DNA of 36,946 bases. Source: a candidate division WOR-1 bacterium RIFCSPHIGHO2_01_FULL_53_15 (lineage in GTDB: Bacteria; Margulisbacteria; WOR-1; O2-12-FULL-45-9; XYB2-FULL-48-7). Below are positions 1 to 7,818 of the stretch, one piece after another. Below the pieces are notes generated by a model that ran no database searches, was not told where the DNA came from, and saw nothing but the letters and a program-made list of their open reading frames with translations. A program made the translations under genes and the position numbers. The stretch's first letter is position 1. The number at the start of each line of letters is the position of its first letter. The stretch covers positions 127,440 to 164,385 of the forward strand of contig METM01000021.1 in the NCBI GenBank assembly GCA_001772335.1, given 5' to 3'.

Positions 1-208
1 TCTGGACCGGATTCGTTTTTGGATCCGGATTGACTTTTCTTGCTTCGGCGATTGATTTTTCCAACATGTTTTCAATCTCCGGCTTCTTCTCCACTAGATT
101 CATGAGTTCCCGGGTTATCGGTTTATGAATGTTTGCCGCAAAACCAGTGCTTGCGGTTAGAATCAATCCTGCCAGTATTATGGCTAAACAAAATTTTGCC
201 TTTCTCAT
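1..208 (-). CDS. N-terminal part of a secreted protein, probably phosphatidylserine decarboxylase family (runs off window edge)
   Basis: Manual translation from ATG at 208 (SD AGGAG upstream): MRKAKFCLAIILAGLILTASTGFAANIHKPITRELMNLVEKKPEIENMLEKSIAEARKVNPDPKTNPVQ. Sec-type signal peptide. The SI..A..NPD..TNP.Q segment resembles, from recall, the N-terminus of signal-peptide-bearing PSD-family proteins. Catalytic part is outside the window. Confidence 0.6.
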   Translation of the reverse strand, partial: MRKAKFCLAIILAGLILTASTGFAANIHKPITRELMNLVEKKPEIENMLEKSIAEARKVNPDPKTNPVQ

Positions 209-224
209 TTTTCGTCTCCTTATT

Positions 225-1280
225 CTAACGATTTAATATTTCCTTTAGTTTATTGATATCGCCTTTAGTATACGGCAAGGCCAGCATTAAGAGAAGGCGT
301 GCCTTTGGGGAGATAAGGTCGCCAGCCAAAATAGCCCCCTCTTTTTCCAGTGTAGCCCCGCCACCCGCACCACCATAAATAGGTAAAACTGCCCCATGAT
401 AGACACGGCTGGTTATGACCACGGGGATACCTTTCTTTAAGGCGTATTTTATGGCCTCATAGGTCTTGGCATTAACATTACCAGCGCCCACGCCTTCGAC
501 CACGATTCCATTAACTCCGGAGTCTACGGCGTAGCGTAGGAGTCGGCCATCTGCTCCTGCATACTCAGAGATTAAAACAACATTCGGTAATTTTTCCGGC
601 AGGGGAAGTTTTTGCCTGCGCAAGGCATCATTAAAACGATATACCTCGCCCATAGCAATATAGCCCAAATAACCTTTTTCTCCCGAGTTAAATGTCTGCA
701 CATTGGTGGTCTGTGTCTTTCTTACATCTCGGGCGGAGCAAATATATTGATTCATGGTAACGGTTACTCCCCAGTCCTGCGCTACTTTTGAACAAACCTG
801 GGTAACAGCATTTAATATATTTGCCGGGCCGTCAGGAGAAAGCTCAGAAGCATCCCGCATCGCCCCCACAAATACCACAGGCTTATTGCTTTTAAGCGTC
901 AGTTCTAAAAAATAGGCCCCTTCGGCCATAGTATCCGTGCCATGGGTGATGACGACCCCGCTGACTTTGGGATCTTCTAAAATACCATCTACGGCTTTAC
1001 TGAGTTTTGCCCAAATATCAGGCGTTATCTGCGAGCTGTCGATATTGGAAAAATTCACCACTTTTATATTAGCTATCTTCGAAAGCCCCGGCACCGCTTC
1101 TATCAAATCTTTTCCGGATACTGCCGGTACCGCAGCGCCGGTTTTTGGGTCTACTTTTTCAGCAATCGTTCCGCCGGTAGTTACTATAGTTACATTGGGC
1201 AATTCTGCTTGGGAATAAGAAAACCCGCTAAATATAACGGCAAAAACAATCAAAAATACAATCCGCATTTTAACCTTCAT
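225..1280 (-). CDS. ansB: Secreted L-asparaginase (type II / glutaminase-asparaginase family)
   Basis: TGGTIA and HGTDTM catalytic motifs, VFVGAMR, DGPAN, N-terminal signal peptide. Confidence 0.92.
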   Translation of the reverse strand: MKVKMRIVFLIVFAVIFSGFSYSQAELPNVTIVTTGGTIAEKVDPKTGAAVPAVSGKDLIEAVPGLSKIANIKVVNFSNIDSSQITPDIWAKLSKAVDGILEDPKVSGVVITHGTDTMAEGAYFLELTLKSNKPVVFVGAMRDASELSPDGPANILNAVTQVCSKVAQDWGVTVTMNQYICSARDVRKTQTTNVQTFNSGEKGYLGYIAMGEVYRFNDALRRQKLPLPEKLPNVVLISEYAGADGRLLRYAVDSGVNGIVVEGVGAGNVNAKTYEAIKYALKKGIPVVITSRVYHGAVLPIYGGAGGGATLEKEGAILAGDLISPKARLLLMLALPYTKGDINKLKEILNR

Positions 1281-1289
1281 TTCGTCTTT

Positions 1290-1667
1290 TCACCTCTTGG
1301 TGCTTGTATAAGAAGAGAAGAGGTTCAAGTCAAGCTTCTCCGAAATATGGCGGACGGCTTTCTGCGCCCGGACGCTGTTTCCGGCTGCGTCGAGCGGAGG
1401 AGAAAACGCGGCAATACCCATGACCCCCGGAACCACGGCTATGATTCCGCCCCCGACCCCGCTCTTCCCGGGCAACCCAACATAGAACAACCACTCGCCG
1501 GTGCCATCGTAGAGGCCAGCCGTTGACATGACGGCAAGGATTCCGGGAACATAACGCGCATCCACCAATCGATCCTTCGTCCACGGGTTGACTCCGCCGT
1601 TGGCGAGCGTTGCCGCCACAAGCAGCCGGATGGCGAAACTCCCGTGCAGTGGCCGTCTATTCAGCAT
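1290..1667 (-). pseudogene. glsA: Glutaminase (GlsA) C-terminal remnant fused to an unrelated ~15-aa start
   Basis: AATLANGGVNP...GLYDGTGEW...VGLPGKSGVGGGIIAVVPG.MGIAAFSPPLDAAGNSVR is the GlsA C-terminus. Only 125 aa, and the N-terminal SxxK catalytic region is absent. Confidence 0.85.
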
Positions 1668-1672
1668 AGCAA

Positions 1673-1700
1673 ATTATATTCCCCTATGCGAAAAAATCAA
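1673..1700 (-). promoter_or_regulatory. Sigma70-type promoter upstream of the glsA remnant and asparaginase
   Basis: TTGATT-N16-TATAAT, 5 nt before the ATG at 1667. Confidence 0.5.
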
Positions 1701-1711
1701 GACATTAAAGG

Positions 1712-1840
1712 GTCGGCAACAGCAACATTTCATCGGCTTACCGGAAAGGTTTGATCGAAGTGGAAGGCAACGCCCGGCACCTGATCCAGATCGGCCGCAA
1801 GAGCTTGCTGATGCAGTTCATCACCCCATTCGGCGGTTAG
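1712..1840 (+). pseudogene. Start-less 3' gene remnant (42 codons), weakly SCP2-like
   Basis: Reads VGNSNISSAYRKGLIEVEGNARHLIQIGRKSLLMQFITPFGG*, with coding-like third-position GC. In-frame TAA just upstream, and its stop overlaps the stop of the convergent PSD gene. Confidence 0.3.
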
Positions 1841-2937
1841 CGCTTTGCCGCTATACCGATCTTTTGTTTAACTTTAATCGGTATGCCATCATCTCCGGTT
1901 TTCCTGGCGGGAAAAGGTTGGGTAAATTTAATGGTCCCGGGCTCGAAAATCAACAGGATTGAAGAACCCCCGTATTCAAAATGGCCCAGCTCCTCACCTT
2001 TTTTGATATAATTGCCAACTTTTACTTTTGGTTCAGTTACAATTGACCCAACACTCCAAAAACCAATAGGGATCATTGCCACCAAGCCAAATTCTTTAGT
2101 TTCAATGATATAACAAGACCGTTTGTGTTTTGCGAGATCCTTGTACCAGTTTACATTTTTAAAATTATAATTATAGGAACCGGCATATTCGCCTACTCCG
2201 ACAATCTTGCCGGATACGGGGGCGTGAAAGTGGTGATAGTCAGTGAACCACAACAGGATATCCAAAACCGGCCCGCCGATGAATCTGTCGGCATAGATAC
2301 TGTTGTTAAGAGCTTGCCGGATATTAATTACATCTCTTTTGATTTTAAAATTCACGTCCAGATCTTCTGCGTAGATTTGGCAGATGCTGCCGTCTGCTGG
2401 AGACACGATGACAGAAGGGTCTTTCTCTTCGTCAAGCGGTCTGGCTTGAGGCTTAACCGGTCTTAGGAAAAATTCATTAAACGTTTTAAAGCCGCCTTTA
2501 GGCACAATATAATCATCCATTTTTACCAGTGAGCTGGACATCCACTGACCCATGGTCGCGGCTGAAGCAGGGGTGCCCAAGTACTCTCCATTGGCGTTAA
2601 CAAAGGCAATGAACCATGAACTGAAAATATTATTGTTGAAGAGAATTTCTCCTGCTTCTGAATTAGCGAGCTCATCAAAAGGCATAATATACTTTGCCGG
2701 CGCCTCCGGAACAGGATTATAAACCAGCCATTCCTCAAAGAACTTTACGAAATCACCGCTGGTTTTGTTATGCCAATAGGACTTTTTATCCTGGAGCTTC
2801 AAGGACTTATCAATTTGCGCTTTCAGATCGGGCGTGCTGTCGAGCAATTCTTTCAAGTTCTGGACAATGTTTGCCTGGCCATACACGCAATTGAACGAAA
2901 AAATCAACAAAAGCAAAATGAACGCAAGCTTTTTCAT
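1837..2937 (-). CDS. Secreted phosphatidylserine-decarboxylase-family pyruvoyl enzyme
   Basis: FKTFNEFFLR, IVSPADG, DYHHFHAPVSG, KKGEELGHFEYGGSS (autocleavage site). True start MKKLAFILL at 2937 with SD GGGGAGG, followed by a signal peptide. Confidence 0.88.
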   Translation of the reverse strand: MKKLAFILLLLIFSFNCVYGQANIVQNLKELLDSTPDLKAQIDKSLKLQDKKSYWHNKTSGDFVKFFEEWLVYNPVPEAPAKYIMPFDELANSEAGEILFNNNIFSSWFIAFVNANGEYLGTPASAATMGQWMSSSLVKMDDYIVPKGGFKTFNEFFLRPVKPQARPLDEEKDPSVIVSPADGSICQIYAEDLDVNFKIKRDVINIRQALNNSIYADRFIGGPVLDILLWFTDYHHFHAPVSGKIVGVGEYAGSYNYNFKNVNWYKDLAKHKRSCYIIETKEFGLVAMIPIGFWSVGSIVTEPKVKVGNYIKKGEELGHFEYGGSSILLIFEPGTIKFTQPFPARKTGDDGIPIKVKQKIGIAAKR

Positions 2938-2950
2938 GGTTTGCCTCCCC

Positions 2951-3595
2951 TTACTTCTTTGCCGGCAATGGATCGGGATAAATAAAATTAATGAAACCCA
3001 GCGCCGCCAAAGCGACCCCATAGTTCTTTTCGATATTTAATGAAGTAATGTTATACTTCATTTCTCCCCTTTGTTTCAGCCCCCGAATGCTCAATTCATG
3101 ATTGAGAGATTTTTTTAATTGTGCAGCGGCATCCTTTTTAGCAGTTTCTGCATCAATCTTTTTCTGGCTGTAAATCCGCTCGTATTCCGCGGCGAAACCA
3201 CCAATGAATTCCCCCTTGGCGTTAATTGCCCAAACCCTGCCGATTCCTGCTGACACCGTATCGCCTTTTACTCCGCCGGCTTTTGCCAAAATTGCCTCTA
3301 AAACCGTTCCATGATGAAAATTTTGCTTAACCGATTCTATGGGAACCTCATATGACTCAGGGGGAAGAACCGAAGTGTAATACATGACATTAAAATTCTC
3401 TATGCCCGCAGCCTGAAGCGCCAGATCGTAGGAAAATGTTTCGTAGGGATCGGGCGGAATCCCCTGATCAGATTGGCCGGTGCCGGTAGTGGCAATATAG
3501 GCCGTGGGAATTCTTGGCCCAAATTCAGAAACAGCAAAAACCGAATTGGGCATCAATAAAACGATGCCCAAAACAATCATCAATGCCTTTTTCAT
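2951..3595 (-). CDS. aaxB: Pyruvoyl-dependent arginine decarboxylase (chlamydial AaxB type) with signal peptide
   Basis: G.G.SD.G.PP.PYETFSYDLAL..AGIENFNV..YTSVLP (T|S cleavage site), GGFAAEY, SLNHELSIRGL. Start MKKALMIV at 3595 with SD AAGGAGG. Confidence 0.85.
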   Translation of the reverse strand: MKKALMIVLGIVLLMPNSVFAVSEFGPRIPTAYIATTGTGQSDQGIPPDPYETFSYDLALQAAGIENFNVMYYTSVLPPESYEVPIESVKQNFHHGTVLEAILAKAGGVKGDTVSAGIGRVWAINAKGEFIGGFAAEYERIYSQKKIDAETAKKDAAAQLKKSLNHELSIRGLKQRGEMKYNITSLNIEKNYGVALAALGFINFIYPDPLPAKK

Positions 3596-3623
3596 CTTTT
3601 TTGCCTCCTTCTTTCTGGAAAAA

Positions 3624-3651
3624 ATTTTACCACTTCTCTCGAACTTGTCAA
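3624..3651 (-). promoter_or_regulatory. Sigma70 promoter of the decarboxylase cluster
   Basis: TTGACA-N16-TAAAAT with extended -10 TG, 28 nt upstream of the aaxB-like ATG. Confidence 0.7.
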
Positions 3652-3660
3652 GGATTGATG

Positions 3661-4971
3661 GGCTCTTCAGCAAACAGTGTGCCAAATTAAACCCCCTAAA
3701 TAGGCAATGGGAATAAAGGCCAGCATCATTTTTCTGATGTAGACTTGGACGTTGCGAAAACCATAGCTTTGTCGTTTGATCATTTTGATTTTGGTGTGTG
3801 CGCCTTCTGTAAACGCATTGGTAGTTTTGCTGATAAAATAATTCAAGATATACATCCGCCAGCGTTTTAAGGTATTGCCCCACTGATTAATCGCCGCGTC
3901 ATCACTGCATTCCATGTTCAAAATAATTCTGGACAACAGAGTCACCGCTTCTTCTCTGGTTTTGGCTTTGTAAAACAACCTTAACTGTTCCTTGAAATAG
4001 TAAAAGGATTTCAGCTCGGGATACCTCTTGAGGAGATCGTCCAGCGCTTGCTTCTCCCAGCCCCTAAGGTTTTCCCTGCCTTTGATAAACCACCAGCGTT
4101 TGCCGATATGCTTGCGGCCTTGCATTTCCTGCTCCAACCGCCGGGCTTCTCCAAGACGACGATTAGCGTCTTGGATAACATGAAAATGATCCACCACAAT
4201 ACTGGCCCCGGGAAGCTCTTGTTCAAGCGCCGACCTGAACAACTCCTTCATATCAATGCAAACTTCAGAAATATTGCGTTTAATGGGCTTGGGCACAGCC
4301 CTAAGCCATTGCCTCAAGCTGGCCTGGCGGTCGTCAGGCAGAATGGCCTTAAGCCTTCTCTGTGACAAATTGGTGATGGTAATGACCAGATCATTTCCTC
4401 TGAAGCTATGCTCGTCAACTCCCAATTTAATCCTCTTCAGCTTTTTTTCTTCCTGCCAGTTTGGCTCAGTATCAACCTTGGCCAGTAAATAACGCGCTTC
4501 GTGATCGCTGATCCCATTCTCCACCCGTAACTGCCGGAAACTTTTCCCCTTCAGTAAATTCAACAGTTGATATTCCGCTGTTTCCGTCTTCCGGCTCCAT
4601 TGTTTCAATCCGGGCCATTGTTCCGTAAACGGTTTGCCGCAGCGCGAGCACTGCCAACGGCTCTTTCGGCCCTTGAGATAAACAATCCTTTCTCCCCAGA
4701 GATGGTGTTTTACCAATCTCAGCCTGCCAGCCTGGTGGCAATAATCAGCTTTCTTGCCACAGCGCGGACAACACCGGTGCTTTTTCTTTAGTTCAACTTC
4801 AATTTCGATGGCCTTCGGCTGGAGGATAATTGCGCGGATCCAAAATGCTTGCAGTCCGAAAATTTTTGCGATATCATTTTTCATGTGGTAGGCTCCTCTC
4901 TTTTTTGCGAAAGATAAGGAAAACCTACCACATTTTTATCTAATTATTGGCACACTCTTTGCTATAGAGCC
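3661..4971 (-). mobile_element. Complete ISL3-family insertion sequence (1311 bp)
   Basis: Terminal IRs GGCTCTTCAGCAAACAGTGTGCCAA (3661-3685) and 4947-4971, matching 22/25. Flanking direct repeat GGATTGATG at 3652-3660 and 4972-4980. Confidence 0.95.
3667..4884 (-). CDS. ISL3 family transposase
   Basis: CPRCG/CSRCG zinc finger, LGVDEHSF, VCIDM, VVDHFHVI, TNAFTEGAHTKIKMIKRQSYGFRN. Confidence 0.95.
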   Translation of the reverse strand: MKNDIAKIFGLQAFWIRAIILQPKAIEIEVELKKKHRCCPRCGKKADYCHQAGRLRLVKHHLWGERIVYLKGRKSRWQCSRCGKPFTEQWPGLKQWSRKTETAEYQLLNLLKGKSFRQLRVENGISDHEARYLLAKVDTEPNWQEEKKLKRIKLGVDEHSFRGNDLVITITNLSQRRLKAILPDDRQASLRQWLRAVPKPIKRNISEVCIDMKELFRSALEQELPGASIVVDHFHVIQDANRRLGEARRLEQEMQGRKHIGKRWWFIKGRENLRGWEKQALDDLLKRYPELKSFYYFKEQLRLFYKAKTREEAVTLLSRIILNMECSDDAAINQWGNTLKRWRMYILNYFISKTTNAFTEGAHTKIKMIKRQSYGFRNVQVYIRKMMLAFIPIAYLGGLIWHTVC

Positions 4972-5030
4972 GGATTGATGTAAAGCAATTGTTTAATAAG
5001 GAAATGGATCCAGCCACTATTTCCGGGCAA

Positions 5031-5243
5031 TCATGACACGCTGTTGACTGCGGCCATATTTAAAAAAATAATTCCCAATATCGAATGGCGCGGGGAAGGC
5101 AGCGCCTTTAACAGTTTTTCAATTGCCTGATGAATGTGATAAATGATTACATCCGCATGGCCTTTTTGTTTGATCAACAGGCTTGCGGTGTCGGCATCAT
5201 GGGAGGCTAAAATCAGCCATTCCTTGATATCAATTTCGCTCAT
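5031..5243 (-). pseudogene. HEPN-domain protein, truncated
   Basis: EWL..A..D...A...YHIHQAIEKLLKAL is a typical HEPN N-terminal half. Similarity stops after ~48 aa. Overlaps the upstream MNT gene. Confidence 0.75.
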
Positions 5244-5541
5244 ACAATTTTTTACCCTTTGTGGTTATTTCCCGCCAGAAATTAAATCGGCTTTTCTTTT
5301 TTAAATCTTCAGAAGAGGTGACCAATAAATCAAGCCCGAAGTCGCGAGGGAAAAGTGATTTGCTGATCTCCAGGGCCAGGGCTTTCTTATCCCGATTGGA
5401 ATCATCAATGATAAGCAGATCTAAATCGCTCAGATTAGTTGCTTTGCCAAAGGCGTAACTGCCGAACAAGTAGATTTTGTTTGGGTTTGTTTTGGTTTTT
5501 ATAGTTTCAACTATTTGGCTAATTTCTTGTTGAGTTAGCAT
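5230..5541 (-). CDS. Minimal nucleotidyltransferase (MNT) antitoxin
   Basis: IYLFGSYAFG...SDLDLLII motif, 103 aa, paired with HEPN. Confidence 0.9.
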   Translation of the reverse strand: MLTQQEISQIVETIKTKTNPNKIYLFGSYAFGKATNLSDLDLLIIDDSNRDKKALALEISKSLFPRDFGLDLLVTSSEDLKKKSRFNFWREITTKGKKLYERN

Positions 5542-5585
5542 TTCTTATGGGAAATTATGCCATAACGGAGCACGGCTTGAAAGCA

Positions 5586-5636
5586 AACGGCGGCGGAAGT
5601 TTCGTCGCAGGAGGTTTCGATAGCGAGGATGAGCAC
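5586..5636 (-). pseudogene. tsaD: 5' stub of tsaD (first 17 codons)
   Basis: GTG at 5636 gives (M)LILAIETSCDETSAAV, the highly conserved TsaD N-terminus. Sequence then diverges abruptly and stops. Confidence 0.8.
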
Positions 5637-5638
5637 AA

Positions 5639-5830
5639 CTATCCGATCTCGCCGCGGCGGAACTTCTCGCAGATCTCCTTGCTCTGGGTCGGCCTGAATT
5701 TATACAAGAACTTATTCATTTCTTCGACCCAGCGCAGCCTTTGGCCGATCGACAATTTCTGAAACTCCTTGATCTGTTCGTCAGTGTAGTCATAACTGTA
5801 GCCGCCATGCTTCTTATTTGGATCTGTCAT
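5639..5830 (-). CDS. Small hypothetical protein, probable partner of the upstream nucleotidyltransferase
   Basis: 63 aa, starts 4 nt after the NTase stop, F..LS..QRL.W.EE pattern. Confidence 0.65.
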   Translation of the reverse strand: MTDPNKKHGGYSYDYTDEQIKEFQKLSIGQRLRWVEEMNKFLYKFRPTQSKEICEKFRRGEIG

Positions 5831-5834
5831 ATTA

Positions 5835-6347
5835 TTAATCCCCCGATTCTAATAAGGCCTTGATATCCGAGAGGTCCTGTTTTCTGCCGGAGAGCTCTTT
5901 GAGCTTGATCAGCATTTTCTTCGGTATCAAAAAAATTTTTGCGCCGCGGTCTGATACCTGTTTTTTGCCTCTGGCGAGCTCTTCGTAATTCAGCGGATTA
6001 TCGATCATAATGTCAACTAGGGCGTAAGGGTTGTCAGGGCGATAAAAGGTGAAGACCTTCATATTCTTGTTCTTGATCCAATCGGCTCTTTTGGCCGGAT
6101 CGGCCAGATCTTCCGCTTTGACCGGCGCCTTAGGTATAAAACCAAGTTGCCCCATTGTCTTAATCAATTTGAGCAGATTTTCGGGATTCAAATTGACCAT
6201 CAAGTCGATGTCGCCGGTTGTCCTGGGAATGCCGTAGAGGGCGACCGCTAATCCGCCGATAAGCAAATAATCAACTTTATTCTTTGCCAGCTGTTCAAAT
6301 ATATTTTCGTATAGTGTATCTTCGCCTTTTTTCCAGATCCAGATCAT
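5835..6347 (-). CDS. Nucleotidyltransferase-family protein (DUF6036/AbiEii-like, TA-associated)
   Basis: YLLIGGLAVALYG.PRTTGDIDL ... LIKLK..SGR.QD..DI..L. Confidence 0.8.
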   Translation of the reverse strand: MIWIWKKGEDTLYENIFEQLAKNKVDYLLIGGLAVALYGIPRTTGDIDLMVNLNPENLLKLIKTMGQLGFIPKAPVKAEDLADPAKRADWIKNKNMKVFTFYRPDNPYALVDIMIDNPLNYEELARGKKQVSDRGAKIFLIPKKMLIKLKELSGRKQDLSDIKALLESGD

Positions 6348-6436
6348 GAATTAATTATAACACAGTTTTTCTGCGAGAATTGAGCTTGATTGTCAACCGT
6401 TTGAGGCGTAAAATCCGATCATTCGGAGTGAGAAGA

Positions 6437-6892
6437 ATGAAACAACGCATCACCGCATCGCTGGCCTTAACTTTAGTATTGATATTCTTTGAGCAAACTG
6501 CCTTTGCCGCGGCGATCGCCACGAAGGCCGGCAAAACATTTAACATCACCCTGGCCTCAAATCCTACCACCGGTTACAGCTGGCGGATCGACGGATCGTT
6601 CGATAAGAGCATCGTTAAACTCCTGGGATCAAAATACGAGCGCCCCAAAACTTCATTGATCGGAGCCGGCGGCCGAGAGATCTGGCGCTTCAAGGCGCTC
6701 AAGCCGGGCAAGACGGCTATTAAGTTGAAATACGTCCGACCATGGGAGAAGAATACGCCGCCGGCGGAAAGACGCAGTTTCGAAGTCAAGATCAGTAAAG
6801 TTTATATCCAATCTGCAGGCGAAGGGTGCCGCTGGAAATATAATCGATCCCGGTTTCAAGGAAGAGCTCTTCCCGCCCGTAAATCTTGTTGA
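6437..6892 (+). CDS. Chagasin / I42 family cysteine protease inhibitor, secreted
   Basis: L.SNPTTGY.W, IGAGG.E.W.F.A, Y.RPWE motifs. Signal peptide from ATG 6437. Confidence 0.9.
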   Translation: MKQRITASLALTLVLIFFEQTAFAAAIATKAGKTFNITLASNPTTGYSWRIDGSFDKSIVKLLGSKYERPKTSLIGAGGREIWRFKALKPGKTAIKLKYVRPWEKNTPPAERRSFEVKISKVYIQSAGEGCRWKYNRSRFQGRALPARKSC

Positions 6893-7226
6893 AAATGAAC
6901 GAAAGAGAAGCGCCGTACGCGGTTTGATAACCATAATCGCCAAGCAGGCCCAAACTTAGAAAAACGGGGCTCCGGCCGACATCGAAAAGATAAAATTGTC
7001 CTTCGAGAAACATGATGAAAGGGTTCTCCCCCAAAAGACCTAAATCTTCCCCCGTGGTCGTTTCCAGGCCGAACCGCCCCGAGACCCGATCGTTGAAATC
7101 TTTTACCGTTTCTATCCCCAGCGCCAGGCCGCTCCGCAAGCCGCCGATAATAGCTGTGCGGTCGGCCCGGGCAGCTTGCCCGGTCAAAAATAAAACGGCA
7201 ATAAAAACTAAAAAATATTTCTTCAT
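6792..7226 (-). CDS. Small secreted, probable outer-membrane beta-barrel protein
   Basis: MKKYFLVF..AARA signal, amphipathic beta-strand patterns, C-terminal LQIGYKLY. Confidence 0.6.
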   Translation of the reverse strand: MKKYFLVFIAVLFLTGQAARADRTAIIGGLRSGLALGIETVKDFNDRVSGRFGLETTTGEDLGLLGENPFIMFLEGQFYLFDVGRSPVFLSLGLLGDYGYQTAYGASLSFIFNKIYGREELFLETGIDYISSGTLRLQIGYKLY

Positions 7227-7245
7227 TCTTTTGCCTTCCGGGAGG

Positions 7246-7779
7246 TTATTCCCCGTTATAAACTTTGATGGCCTGATCCAGATCATCAAAACTAGAATAG
7301 TTAAGGGCGGTTAAAGCGTTAAAAACCGCAGCTATGGCCAGAAGGCCCACTCCAAAATATGCTTGATTCCTATTCCCCGCATTGATACCTGCCGCGAGTG
7401 ATATTAAACCACCCCAGCCGGTGGCTGTTGTGACACTTGCCCAAACATTGCCCATAAAGATCCCGTCATCAAAAGCTCGCAGGTATCTGGCGGCCTCGGG
7501 CTTTGTATCCATGATACCGCGCAATCTGGCGTTGCTGTGCGCACTGGGAAAGAAGAATTGGATCAGACCGTTGTCATGCCCCAAACCGCGGAAAATGGTT
7601 TTATAATCTTCATCAAGCCGGAAATCATAGGTGACAATTGGAAGACCAAAAATTCGACCATCGACCGACTGCCAGGCTCCCAGGCCAAACCAGGCCCTAG
7701 TCCCCCGTTCGATCTTTTTCTCTGCCAGAACCGGTGAAACAAGCAAGATGATCATAAGCCAGCCCGCCATTATTTTCAT
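7246..7779 (-). CDS. Hypothetical exported/membrane protein
   Basis: SD GGAGG, signal peptide, two C-terminal hydrophobic helices. Confidence 0.6.
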   Translation of the reverse strand: MKIMAGWLMIILLVSPVLAEKKIERGTRAWFGLGAWQSVDGRIFGLPIVTYDFRLDEDYKTIFRGLGHDNGLIQFFFPSAHSNARLRGIMDTKPEAARYLRAFDDGIFMGNVWASVTTATGWGGLISLAAGINAGNRNQAYFGVGLLAIAAVFNALTALNYSSFDDLDQAIKVYNGE

Positions 7780-7818
7780 GATTTTTCCTCCTGGCAGTCA
7801 TATTCTCCTCCCGCCGCC

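Noticed and set aside
3596-3883. 96-aa N-terminal extension of the arginine decarboxylase in the ORF track
   Set aside because: Runs through the promoter and into the IS; SD and signal peptide support ATG 3595
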